From: an uncultured Methanolobus sp.
GTDB lineage: Archaea; Halobacteriota; Methanosarcinia; Methanosarcinales; Methanosarcinaceae
Direction of reading: 5' to 3'
NCBI GenBank assembly: GCA_963675495.1
Contig: OY776215.1
Coordinates: forward strand, 2,496,001-2,560,000
Length of the DNA: 64,000 nucleotides
Below the pieces are notes generated by a model that had not been told where the DNA came from, did no database searches, and saw nothing but the letters and a program-made list of their open reading frames with translations. Each line of letters opens with the position of its first letter. Positions within the stretch are counted from its first letter, which is position 1. Position numbers and translations under genes: made by a program. Positions 1 through 9,727 of the stretch are shown piece by piece.

Positions 1-43
1 TCATTCGTGTGCCTTCTCCGGCAGCAAGTATAACGACTTTCAT
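1..43 (-). CDS. Sugar-phosphate nucleotidyltransferase (GlmU-like), 5' fragment running off the window edge
   Basis: Not in the ORF track. The minus strand reads [14 protein letters not shown], the nucleotidyltransferase signature. Its ATG overlaps the glmM stop (ATGA). Confidence 0.85.
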   Translation of the reverse strand, partial: MKVVILAAGEGTRM

Positions 44-1341
44 AGGAGGCACTCCTTTACAATGCTCTCTACTTTTGCATGGAGTTCTTCTACGTTCTTC
101 CTGGCTTCTGCTGTAATTCTTATCTTTGCCTCGGTTCCCGATGGTCTGACAAGCACCCAGCCGTTTTCCATATCAATTCGGATGCCGTCTATACTGGAAA
201 CTTCACCCATTGTCGCAAGCTTTGAGCTGATGTTTTTCATAACTTCATCCTTTCTCGAATTATCACATGCAACTGTGGTTCGGAGTGTAGGATACTGTGG
301 AAGTTCCTCTCTAAGAGCCGAGAGCTTATTCTCCTTGACTATATCAACAAGCAGGGCAGCAGCGTAGATTCCATCAGGACAATAGGAAATTCTTGGGAAG
401 ATCCAGCTTCCGGAAGGCTCACCACCAAAATCAGCTTTCTGCTTCTTCATTTCCTCGGCGACATAAACGTCACCAACTCGTGTGTGGATGATTGTAGAAC
501 CAAGGAGTGCATCATCGACTATCATTGAGGTGTCAACAGGGACTACAACCTTTGGATTGTCTTTGCATTCGTAGCGTGCAAAGATGGCAAGCATTTCATC
601 ACCTGACACGAACACACCGTTCTCATCAACTGCCATCATCCTGTCTGCATCACCATCATGTGCGATACCAAGGTCAGCCTCAAATGCCGTTATCGCTTTT
701 TTCAGCATTCCAAGATTCGAGTCTTTTGGTTCGGGATTGCGTGCAGGGAAATGGCCGTCAAGTTGTGAGTTAAGTGTTATAACTTCACATCCCATCTCAC
801 GTAAAAGGAAAGGGGTTATAGTTCCACCGGCACCGCCTCCACAATCCACTATCACTCTTATGGGTGCACCGGTTGAATGGCTGCGTATCATATCAATGTG
901 GTCTCTGACTGCATTTTCATATGAGGTTAATTCTCCTATCATGTGCCATGGCACATTGACAAAATCCTCTTTCTCGATTATTGATTCTATTTCTTCCTGC
1001 TGGGTGGAATCAAATGCCATTCCATCAGGGTTCCATAGTTTAATTCCCACATCCTGTGCTGGGTTATGCGATGCAGTGACCATCACTCCGCAGTCATAAT
1101 TACGGGTTGCGTATGCAAGTGTGGGTGTTGTTACAAGACCAACACGAACAACATCACAGCCTGCAGACATCAGACCTGAGATAATTGCGTGTTCTATCAT
1201 CTCCCCGGCTACACGAGGGTCTCTTCCGATGACTGCAGTCTTTTTTGATCTGCCAAGAGCCATTCCTACTTTCAGGGCCAGATCAACAGTAACTTCTACA
1301 TTTGCAAGTCCACGGATGCCTGAAGAACCAAATAATTTCAT
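40..1341 (-). CDS. glmM: Phosphoglucosamine mutase
   Basis: N-terminal LFGSSGIRG, catalytic TASHNP, metal loop DGDADR and RPSGTE; lies in an operon with glmS and glmU. Confidence 0.9.
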   Translation of the reverse strand: MKLFGSSGIRGLANVEVTVDLALKVGMALGRSKKTAVIGRDPRVAGEMIEHAIISGLMSAGCDVVRVGLVTTPTLAYATRNYDCGVMVTASHNPAQDVGIKLWNPDGMAFDSTQQEEIESIIEKEDFVNVPWHMIGELTSYENAVRDHIDMIRSHSTGAPIRVIVDCGGGAGGTITPFLLREMGCEVITLNSQLDGHFPARNPEPKDSNLGMLKKAITAFEADLGIAHDGDADRMMAVDENGVFVSGDEMLAIFARYECKDNPKVVVPVDTSMIVDDALLGSTIIHTRVGDVYVAEEMKKQKADFGGEPSGSWIFPRISYCPDGIYAAALLVDIVKENKLSALREELPQYPTLRTTVACDNSRKDEVMKNISSKLATMGEVSSIDGIRIDMENGWVLVRPSGTEAKIRITAEARKNVEELHAKVESIVKECLL

Positions 1342-1368
1342 TTATTATCCTCTCTTAAAATAAAAATA

Positions 1369-3198
1369 TTATTCAACGGTTACACTCTTTGCAAGGTTCC
1401 TCGGTTTATCAATGGAACAATTCTTTGCAAGTGCAGTATAATATGAAAGCAATTGCAGCGCAACAGATGACAGGACCGGTGCCAGTAGCTCATGTGAAGA
1501 AGGCACTCGAATCACAACATCCACATACTTTTCTATCTCTGTATCGTCGTCATCAGCTACTGCAACGACGGTAGCATTGCGTGCTTTTACTTCTTTGATG
1601 TTGCTGAGTATTTTTTCGTATGTATGTCCCCTGGTGGCTATTGCAACTACGGGGGTCTCATCAGTTATAAGCGCCAGAGGCCCGTGCTTGAGTTCACCGG
1701 CTGCATAGCCTTCGGCATGTATATATGATATTTCTTTGAGTTTCAGCGCTCCTTCAAGGGCCACAGGGTAATTCAGGTAGCGTCCGATAAAAAAACAATC
1801 CCTTTTGTCTGTGAACAGCGTAGCGCATTCCTTTATTGCATCTTTCCTGTTGAGTATCTTCTGTATCTGTCCTGGAAGTCGCTTCATTGCAACGATAAGA
1901 TCCTTTGCTTCGTTTGCGCTGACAACACCACGTATCCTCCCGAGATGAATGGCAAGCATGTATAGTGCGATCAACTGGGCTGTGAAGGTCTTTGTTGCTG
2001 CAACTCCTATTTCAGGTCCTGACCTGGTATATAATACGCTGTCAGATTCTCTGGTGATGGTACTTCCAACAACGTTGGTAATGGCTATGCTGCGACATCC
2101 GTAGGAGCTCGAACTTCTGACAGCAGCCAGGGTGTCAGCGGTCTCACCTGACTGGGTGATGGCAATTGTCAACTCCTCTCCACAAAGGACTGGATTACTA
2201 TACCTGAACTCTGATGCAGTTTCTATGTCAGTATGGAGTCCTGCAAGTTTCTCAAAAAGGTATTTGCCAAGCGTGCCCGCATTCCATGAGGTTCCACAGG
2301 CTATAATAGTAGCTCTTTTGAGCCGTTTGATCTCTTCACGTTCAAGATAAAGTTCATCCAGTGTAACGGTTCCCTCAAGTTCTGATAGTTTACCTGCAAA
2401 TGTATTCTGGATCGAGGTGGGTTGTTCATGGATCTCTTTCAGCATGAAATGTTCATAACCTGCTTTTTCAGCAGCTTCAAGACTCCATTCTATGGTTTCC
2501 GTGTCTCTGGAAATACTAGTTCCATCAAGGTCAAATATTTCAATAGAGTCTGGCTTTAGAACTCCGATTTCATTGTCGTTGATATAGATTACTTCTTTTG
2601 TGTGCTTTAAAAAAGCAGTGACATCTGATGCAGCATAATTGCTGCCTTTCCCAATTCCTATCACAAGGGGGCTATCTTTTCTGGCAAAAGCCAGAATGTC
2701 AGGCTCTTCAGCACACAGGGCTGCAATTGCATATGACCCATTAAGTTCTCTTATCGTTTCTTTGAGGCCATCAAGCAGGCATTTTTTACCATTACAGTTC
2801 ATATTGAAATGCAAAAGATGTGCTATAACTTCAGTATCCGTTTCAGACTTGAACTCATAACCAAGGCCTGTCAATCTTTCCTTGAGTTCCATATAATTTT
2901 CGATGATTCCATTGTGAACCACCGAGATATTAGCTGAAAGGTGAGGGTGGGCGTTTCTGGTTTCCGGTTTTCCATGTGTTGCCCATCTTGTGTGTCCTAT
3001 GCCATTACTTCCCTGTGTGTCTTTAGGAATTACAGCTTCGAGGTTCTTTATCCTCCCAGCAACTTTGTAGGTTTCCAGTGTTCCATTGAAAACAGTAACC
3101 CCTGCAGAATCATATCCCCTGTATTCCAGCATTTTGAGTGAGTCAAGTATAATAGGTACAGCCTGACCATCACCAATATATCCAACTATTCCACACAT
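1369..3198 (-). CDS. glmS: Glutamine--fructose-6-phosphate transaminase (isomerizing)
   Basis: MCGIVG Ntn-type start (ATG 3198, preceded by GGTGA SD), LEYRGYDSAG, GHTRWATHG, and C-terminal PRNLAKSVTVE. Confidence 0.97.
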   Translation of the reverse strand: MCGIVGYIGDGQAVPIILDSLKMLEYRGYDSAGVTVFNGTLETYKVAGRIKNLEAVIPKDTQGSNGIGHTRWATHGKPETRNAHPHLSANISVVHNGIIENYMELKERLTGLGYEFKSETDTEVIAHLLHFNMNCNGKKCLLDGLKETIRELNGSYAIAALCAEEPDILAFARKDSPLVIGIGKGSNYAASDVTAFLKHTKEVIYINDNEIGVLKPDSIEIFDLDGTSISRDTETIEWSLEAAEKAGYEHFMLKEIHEQPTSIQNTFAGKLSELEGTVTLDELYLEREEIKRLKRATIIACGTSWNAGTLGKYLFEKLAGLHTDIETASEFRYSNPVLCGEELTIAITQSGETADTLAAVRSSSSYGCRSIAITNVVGSTITRESDSVLYTRSGPEIGVAATKTFTAQLIALYMLAIHLGRIRGVVSANEAKDLIVAMKRLPGQIQKILNRKDAIKECATLFTDKRDCFFIGRYLNYPVALEGALKLKEISYIHAEGYAAGELKHGPLALITDETPVVAIATRGHTYEKILSNIKEVKARNATVVAVADDDDTEIEKYVDVVIRVPSSHELLAPVLSSVALQLLSYYTALAKNCSIDKPRNLAKSVTVE

Positions 3199-3208
3199 TT
3201 TAATCACC

Positions 3209-4426
3209 CTAAATTAAGATAGAGTCCGCTGGAACATCTTCTGTGATTGTTCTACCTGAACTAATGCGGCAGTTTGCAGACACCATTTTTCCTGCACGAA
3301 CAAGTACGTTTCCTCCAATTTCCGTATCGTCACCCACGATGGTTCCAAGTTTATCCGCACTGTGAAGATATCTTTCAATCTGAATTAGCATGTCTTTGCC
3401 TTCTTCAGTGATGAAGTTAGGACCAGTTGAAACATTACTTCCCACCACAGAGCAGGATACGTTACTGTGTGTGCCGATACGTACGTCATTCATGAGAATG
3501 CTGTTTTTGATATATGAAAATGAAGCAATTGAAACATTATTTCCAATGCTTGTAGAAGGTAGTATGACGACATTTGGTCCGATGTCACAATTGTCGCCAA
3601 TAACAACTGGTCCCACTATATATGAACCTGCTCTTATGATTGTGTTTTTACCAATGGTCACATTCCCTTTGATATTCACTCCATCTTCTACTTTTCCTTT
3701 GGTAAGGTCAGCTTTCAGGTCGCCAAGTACTATTGTGTTTGCTTCCAGCAGGTTCCATGAGTATACAGCATCAAGCCAATCTGTATTAGTTACTGCCATT
3801 GTCACATCCATTCCGGCATTGATCATTGACTGAAGTGTGTCAGTGATGGCATATTCTCCGGTTGTCGAAATTGATGTTTCTTCTATCATTTCAAATATTT
3901 CCTGTCTGAAAAGATAGGTTCCTGTGTTTATCAGATGACTAACAAGCGTTTTTGGTTTTTCAATGATCTCTTTAACACTTCGTCCTTTTGCAACTATAAC
4001 TCCATAATTGCTAACGTCGTCTTTCTTACATGTAAGGATCGTTGCATCTCCCTGTGAACCATTTATAAGGTCATATATTGCATCAGGGCCTATTATGTTG
4101 TCACCATTCACAACAATAAATTTCTCTTCATTCTGACCGATTATTTGGCGTGCCTGAAGAATGGCATGTGCGGTTCCAATTTGTGCTTTCTGTTCAATGT
4201 ACTCAATTTTAACACCAAAATTGATTCCATCTTCAAAATGATCCATTATACGTTCTTTTTCGTACCCTACTACCAATATAATTTCCTTGATGTCGTTTTT
4301 TACAAGGGCATTGATGACGTGTTCAAGAATCGGTTTATTTGCTACCGGAAGCATTACCTTTGACCTTGCAAGTGTAAGTGGCCGGCATCTTTTACCTTCA
4401 CCGGCTGCGAGAATGATTGCTTTCAT
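3209..4426 (-). CDS. glmU: Bifunctional sugar-1-phosphate nucleotidyltransferase/acetyltransferase (archaeal GlmU-like)
   Basis: MKAIILAAGEGKR motif (start set at ATG 4426) and C-terminal hexapeptide left-handed beta-helix repeats. Confidence 0.85.
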   Translation of the reverse strand: MKAIILAAGEGKRCRPLTLARSKVMLPVANKPILEHVINALVKNDIKEIILVVGYEKERIMDHFEDGINFGVKIEYIEQKAQIGTAHAILQARQIIGQNEEKFIVVNGDNIIGPDAIYDLINGSQGDATILTCKKDDVSNYGVIVAKGRSVKEIIEKPKTLVSHLINTGTYLFRQEIFEMIEETSISTTGEYAITDTLQSMINAGMDVTMAVTNTDWLDAVYSWNLLEANTIVLGDLKADLTKGKVEDGVNIKGNVTIGKNTIIRAGSYIVGPVVIGDNCDIGPNVVILPSTSIGNNVSIASFSYIKNSILMNDVRIGTHSNVSCSVVGSNVSTGPNFITEEGKDMLIQIERYLHSADKLGTIVGDDTEIGGNVLVRAGKMVSANCRISSGRTITEDVPADSILI

Positions 4427-4536
4427 GGCATACAATGCTCTTTAAAACAATTTATAAGTTACCTTCGAAGGTATTTTAAAACAGATATACTTTACAGTTG
4501 AAACTAAGGAATATATAATTAAATAAAAGAGTTAAA

Positions 4537-4554
4537 TTTGGCCTTTCGGCCAAA
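4537..4554 (-). terminator. Hairpin downstream of rps15
   Basis: TTTGGCC-GAAA-GGCCAAA (GNRA loop on the minus strand), followed by a T-rich tract. Confidence 0.5.
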
Positions 4555-4569
4555 CATTGAATTGATTAT

Positions 4570-5028
4570 TTATCTTGTGATCAGCATTTCAGCCGTCTCT
4601 GGTTTATACTTCCAGGTAGCTGGAAGAACCTTTGTGGACTGGTAATATTTGACCAATCTTCTGATCTTTGCTTCGGTGTTCTGAAGGGAACGTTTGTTGT
4701 GAACATCTTTGTGGTTGTTGTTCATATGTTTCCTTAGTCCGATAGCCTTTACAATAAGGTTGTACAGGTCCTCAGGCACGGCGAAATCTTCACCATTCTC
4801 TCTGAGTATCTGTGTGACCTTCTTACCTGTTAATACTTTGACGTCAGGTACACCGTATTTGTCCCTGAGTACCATTCCAATTTCACTTGTGCTGACACCC
4901 TGTTTCCACATGTCATTCACTACAGTTGTCACTTCTTCAGTGGTCATTGTGGACCATGCCGGTGCTTCGGTACGAAGTGGTTTTGTTGGGCCGGAGTTTC
5001 CTTTTTTCCGGGTATGCATTTTTGCCAT
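4570..5028 (-). CDS. rps15: 30S ribosomal protein S15 (uS15/S13e type)
   Basis: [10 protein letters not shown] start, [23 protein letters not shown] and KIRRLVKYY; AGGAGG SD. Confidence 0.97.
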   Translation of the reverse strand: MAKMHTRKKGNSGPTKPLRTEAPAWSTMTTEEVTTVVNDMWKQGVSTSEIGMVLRDKYGVPDVKVLTGKKVTQILRENGEDFAVPEDLYNLIVKAIGLRKHMNNNHKDVHNKRSLQNTEAKIRRLVKYYQSTKVLPATWKYKPETAEMLITR

Positions 5029-5155
5029 AAGCTTCCTCCTGATAATTGTAAATTAAGTTCTGATTTAATATGTATGGGTTTTAGATACTTACCAGATCGT
5101 TGAACTTGGGAGACAATCTGATAATATGTTAATGTGATTGGCGAAGTGCTTCCTA
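5029..5155 (-). ncRNA. Candidate S15 ribosomal-protein leader RNA (5' UTR)
   Basis: Long UTR after a TATA-like element at ~5171-5178. It holds a 12-bp stem, TTATCAGATTGT/ACGATCTGGTAA (5089-5124), with two G-U pairs that work only on the mRNA strand. Confidence 0.5.
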
Positions 5156-5224
5156 TGAATACTATCATCTAATATATATGTTATGATTGATGAAATCGCT
5201 TTTGTGAACTCTATTTTTTAGTTC

Positions 5225-6439
5225 TCACCAGATAATGAGTACAATGTCTGCACCTGCTGGATTAGCTGTTCTGTATATTGCATCGAGCTGGGTGTTGGCA
5301 AGCTCATATCTTGTGCTGTTATCCGTGGCATTACATATGAGTGCGATCGTCTGGTTTATGTCATCACTCTGGTAATCAATGATGTGATCTGAAATGAGAT
5401 CAGTGTTCACATCCATGATTACAGTATTGACAGTGTCTACAATATCCAGACTGACGCTTTGTTCTTCCGGGTTTATTGCTATGTTCAGTCCATAAAGATC
5501 ATTTATTGTGTAGTTCATGCATCCAAGGGCACTCTGTATCACAGGGCTGCTATAATTTGCATCATCCGGACCTGCAAGACATGCTAATTGTTCACTGTTT
5601 ACCGATATCTCAGTAGCATTTAGCGATGAAAGGTAATCATACGGAAAAACAATATCTGTGATTGTTTCTGCACATCCACCTGCTGCAATTCCAATGCTGT
5701 TGTTGAACATATCACGTAGCTCTTTATCCGGCTCAGGAGAATTAATAGCATTGTATATTTTTGTTTCATTGAAAGGATTGTATATCTCTTCTTTTGTGAC
5801 CAAATATGTTACAGGTAGAGATATTCTGGCCTGTTGTCTGATTGCAGTTTCAGGTGCTTTTTCTCCTACTATTATGTCACTTTGTACTTTATACCCGATA
5901 ACAGGCTGCCAGTGGGCTTCAAATCTGTAATTATATCTCTGCCCTATGGTCCTTTCAAGGTGAGCTTCTATCTGTCTTTCAGTTTCGAAGCTTTGCATTT
6001 TTGTCATGGGGTTAAGAGATTTCCGAGTACCGTTCTCTGTCTGGTAAAGGCTCAGTACCAGACCCTCGGCTACAAGGTCCGAAAAGGTGCGATGACGTTG
6101 TTCCTTTGTAAATATTGTCTCCTCTGCATCTTCAAGAATTGAATTTTCCGAGAGGTTGACATCGATACCTGCCAGGTCAGTTGGTTTTAAAGTATATTCG
6201 AATTCATCGACCGTGCTACTCATGATGGTATTCATCAGGCACATGTCCATATCCTGTGCTGAAGTATAAGATGCTGAGCGATACTGCTCATCTGCTGCAA
6301 TGGAAGGCAAAAGAATTACTGCAGAGATTGAAACCAGGATTAGGAACATAATAGCATCGATGCTTGATGAGAATGCGTTCTCATCCCTGAACATTTCAGA
6401 GAGATAACTTTTTTTCCCAGTGGGTTTGGATCGTACCAT
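5225..6439 (-). CDS. Hypothetical membrane-anchored protein with class III (pilin-like) signal peptide
   Basis: FRDENA|FSSSIDAIMFLILVSISAVILL; many N-x-S/T sequons; ends in a hydrophobic beta strand (DIVLIIW). Confidence 0.7.
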   Translation of the reverse strand: MVRSKPTGKKSYLSEMFRDENAFSSSIDAIMFLILVSISAVILLPSIAADEQYRSASYTSAQDMDMCLMNTIMSSTVDEFEYTLKPTDLAGIDVNLSENSILEDAEETIFTKEQRHRTFSDLVAEGLVLSLYQTENGTRKSLNPMTKMQSFETERQIEAHLERTIGQRYNYRFEAHWQPVIGYKVQSDIIVGEKAPETAIRQQARISLPVTYLVTKEEIYNPFNETKIYNAINSPEPDKELRDMFNNSIGIAAGGCAETITDIVFPYDYLSSLNATEISVNSEQLACLAGPDDANYSSPVIQSALGCMNYTINDLYGLNIAINPEEQSVSLDIVDTVNTVIMDVNTDLISDHIIDYQSDDINQTIALICNATDNSTRYELANTQLDAIYRTANPAGADIVLIIW

Positions 6440-6469
6440 GTCGGTCTCCGTTTTTTTATTTCCACTTTT

Positions 6470-6979
6470 TTATTTCCATCTGTTCTGCATGATCTTCACA
6501 GTAATGGTTCCGGGAACGCAGCGTGCACTGCTTCCGAGTTCAATGACGACTGGCACTGATGATGCAATAATATCCCTGCCATTGAGCGAAATAGCTCCGT
6601 CTATAATTGTCCATCTATAATTTCCATCATCTGTTGCTGCTTCAACATAAAAGTCCAGATTTGGGGAAAAACGCTGGAAGAACATATAGCGTTCCTCATT
6701 TACAGAGGGAGTGGAAATCCTGTCAAGTGATTTTGCAGAAATGAGTTCAGGTCTGCTTCCCTGAAGGGGTGGATAGGATGCAATGTCCTGTGCTATCAGG
6801 GCAGCCTGTTCATAGTTTTCAAGTGCCTGCGAATTGTCATTGAATGCAATGAAGGTCTTTGAGAGGATTGCTGCGAATACCACAAATCCAATAACCACCA
6901 TTGCAGTGGCTATTATATCATTGTTAGGCTCAAGAAAAGCTCTTTCATCACTGGTAAACGAGGACATATTCAAGTTCAT
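6470..6979 (-). CDS. Putative minor pilin-like protein
   Basis: FTSDERA|FLEP followed by the hydrophobic helix IIATAMVVIGFVVFAAIL; in an operon with similar genes. Confidence 0.7.
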   Translation of the reverse strand: MNLNMSSFTSDERAFLEPNNDIIATAMVVIGFVVFAAILSKTFIAFNDNSQALENYEQAALIAQDIASYPPLQGSRPELISAKSLDRISTPSVNEERYMFFQRFSPNLDFYVEAATDDGNYRWTIIDGAISLNGRDIIASSVPVVIELGSSARCVPGTITVKIMQNRWK

Positions 6980-7604
6980 TCACCTCGTTTCCGTCTGTTA
7001 CAAATACTTGTGTTTTTTCTATGTTAACTTCTTTACTTATGTTCAAATCAAGTTCTTCTGCTGCGACAATGGACAAAAACTCCGTCAGATCAGTGTGTGG
7101 GAATATTGAATTGACAGGTTGGCTGGCATTTCCATCTGCTGAAAATTCTCCAGTGAGGAGATTCCTGAGGTTTTCGGGACTAAAGGGTATTGTCCTGTAA
7201 TTTAGAGGTCTGACAACAGATAGGTTATTTCCTTCATCTAAAAAAGTGCAGCTTACATATTCTCCGGTGACTGAGATGTTCAATCTGCCACTGTCAATTT
7301 GTTGTCTTGCAGAACTGTCAAAACGGTATATTTTCACTGTATTGTCTGTACCGGAATGAATACTTCCCACCGAATCAATGTTTGATGCCAGGTCAATTGC
7401 GAGTACTTCCAGCTCATTCTTTTTGACCATATCTGCTGAAATGGAAGTCAGGTTATATACTGCGGCAAGGATGACCGCAGTTACGATAATGAGTGCTGTC
7501 TTTGAAAGTATCAGGTCTACCCATGCATTGTTATCATCAGTAAAACTTTTTGTACTAACTAATGATGAAGGATCTGTGGTATTAACTTCTGTCCGTTTTT
7601 TCAT
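6948..7604 (-). CDS. Putative pilin-like protein
   Basis: FTDDNNA|WVDLILSKTALIIVTAVILAAVY; its start overlaps the upstream stop (TAATG). Confidence 0.7.
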   Translation of the reverse strand: MKKRTEVNTTDPSSLVSTKSFTDDNNAWVDLILSKTALIIVTAVILAAVYNLTSISADMVKKNELEVLAIDLASNIDSVGSIHSGTDNTVKIYRFDSSARQQIDSGRLNISVTGEYVSCTFLDEGNNLSVVRPLNYRTIPFSPENLRNLLTGEFSADGNASQPVNSIFPHTDLTEFLSIVAAEELDLNISKEVNIEKTQVFVTDGNEVNELEYVLVYQ

Positions 7605-8098
7605 TACAACTGGGACTTATCACTAAGTGTGATAAAAATTTTTCTATTTTGGTCGCGAACACTTTCTATATTAATTATGTGTGGTCCGGGGCTAAGGACT
7701 ACACAGCCACTAAGAGTGGAATTAGAATAAGATGCAGCAGACTCTCCAATGACCTGCTTCCCGTTGACCTCTATGTAATAGTTCCGGGAATCGGAAGGCC
7801 AATAATCCTCTTTTCCAGGGACAGCTCCCATTACAAGTTTTGCATTTGAAGGAACATTAATGTCAAGAGTTATATTGCTGCCAATTCCTCTGAATGACAT
7901 CTGGTCAGCATGACCTTCTATTTCCGATATCACAGCTTCAGCAGCATGCATTTCTTCTTTTTCAAGCATAGAGGATAATGCTGTTGAAAGCAGAAGCAAC
8001 AATGCTCCTATGGCGATGACTGCAACTATCATTTTCATAGGGAGAGCATCTGCTGCCCTTTCATTTCTTATGATGCTTGTCGGGGATTTTTCCATCAT
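7604..8098 (-). CDS. Putative pilin-like protein
   Basis: IRNERA|[22 protein letters not shown]; ATGA overlap with the hisS stop. Confidence 0.72.
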   Translation of the reverse strand: MMEKSPTSIIRNERAADALPMKMIVAVIAIGALLLLLSTALSSMLEKEEMHAAEAVISEIEGHADQMSFRGIGSNITLDINVPSNAKLVMGAVPGKEDYWPSDSRNYYIEVNGKQVIGESAASYSNSTLSGCVVLSPGPHIINIESVRDQNRKIFITLSDKSQL

Positions 8099-9330
8099 TT
8101 GTTTGTAAGTTTTTGAATGACATCTTCAAGAGTCAGAAGTTCCTGCTCACCGCTTTTCATGTCCTTCAAGGTAACTTTTCCGGCTTCAACTTCCTGTTCA
8201 CCGATTATTACCACATAATTGGCACCGATGTTATTTGCATAGGATAACTGAGCTTTGAAATTCCTCTTCATCAGGTCATTGTAGACTGGCATGTGTAACC
8301 TGAGTTTAGTAGCAGCTTTCACAGCATCCAGACGTGTACTGTCCTTTGCAATTATAACGACAGGTTTGTCATCAGGTGCTTCCAGCTCACAGACCTCCAT
8401 TATCCTGTCAAATCCAAGGCCGAATCCTGTGGATGACACATCTCCGCCGCCAAATATTTTGATAAGATTGTATGAACCGCCTCCACATACCTGGTTCTGG
8501 GCGCCAAGTCCCTCGGCATATATCTCAAAGACCGTGCCTGTGTAGTAGTCAAGTCCCCTGGCGATTCCAAAATCAATGGTATATTCCACTCCGTAGGTAT
8601 CCAGAAGGGTCAAAAGTTCCTGGAATGTCTCTATTTCAGGAATGTCGCCCACAAGTTCGCGTGCTTTTGTAACTGCTCCTTCTCCGGTAAGACATATCAG
8701 TTCAAGGAGCTTCATGCACAGGTCCGCAGGTGCATTAATTTCTTCAAGGAAATCATTGAGTCCTGTATCATCTTTCTTATCAACAAGTCTCATTATTTTG
8801 CTCTGGTGCTCGGTTTCCAGAACGCTTAGAAGGTTTCTGATTACACCAAGATTGTTAACGTGAAGGTCACCTTTGACACCCACAGATTTGAGCATCTCAG
8901 TTGCAAGTGCAATGACTTCAGCATCAGCATCTGCTCTCTTGCTGCCAATGAGCTCCACACCGAACTGCCAGAATTCTCTAAAACGTCCTTTCTGGGGTCT
9001 CTCATACCTGAAACAATTCTCAAAATAGAATAACTTCAATGGCTGCTGGAATGATTGCATCTCATTGACGTACATCCTCATGACAGGAGCGGTCAGTTCC
9101 GGACGCAGTGTCATTTCCCTGTCTCCCTTGTCTTTGAAGTTGTAGAGTTCCCCTACTATTCCTTCGCCGGATTTGAGCGTGAAAAGTTCCAGATTCTCAA
9201 ACGTGGGGGTGATTATCTCGTTGAATCCCCAATTCTTAACGACCTGGCGTAGTATGTTCTCCACGTATCTTCTTTTCTTTGTGTCTTCCGGGAGGAAATC
9301 ACGTGTGCCTCGTGGTTTGCTTATCTTCAT
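8095..9330 (-). CDS. hisS: Histidine--tRNA ligase
   Basis: [39 protein letters not shown] and GGGSY motifs. Confidence 0.98.
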   Translation of the reverse strand: MKISKPRGTRDFLPEDTKKRRYVENILRQVVKNWGFNEIITPTFENLELFTLKSGEGIVGELYNFKDKGDREMTLRPELTAPVMRMYVNEMQSFQQPLKLFYFENCFRYERPQKGRFREFWQFGVELIGSKRADADAEVIALATEMLKSVGVKGDLHVNNLGVIRNLLSVLETEHQSKIMRLVDKKDDTGLNDFLEEINAPADLCMKLLELICLTGEGAVTKARELVGDIPEIETFQELLTLLDTYGVEYTIDFGIARGLDYYTGTVFEIYAEGLGAQNQVCGGGSYNLIKIFGGGDVSSTGFGLGFDRIMEVCELEAPDDKPVVIIAKDSTRLDAVKAATKLRLHMPVYNDLMKRNFKAQLSYANNIGANYVVIIGEQEVEAGKVTLKDMKSGEQELLTLEDVIQKLTNK

Positions 9331-9727
9331 TTTTTGTCAACCTGATAATATGAATGATCTATAATTGGTATATGATAATTGTTTGAAAGAATATTCTTCC
9401 TTCTTTCGATTAATTCTGTCTGCTAGTATAAATGTAGTATATTTTACAGTTTCGATTAGTTCTCATTAATTTCTGATGATATACTATCGATTTTTGGTAT
9501 TCTGGATAGTTGAGTGTGATTTGCTATTAGCAATATACTTCGACAGTGTATCTTTTTGAAATATAGTATCCCTTACTCAAGTGCTTGAAGACTTTTTCAT
9601 TATTGGGCTAAATGATTATTGGTGCTTGATTATAATTTTTTGATTAAAAAAGAACAAAATAACAAAGTTTAAATAATCTTCTGTCCTGCTTTGCTCAGTT
9701 CACACCAGCATCAAAAAAGGTTAGTTA

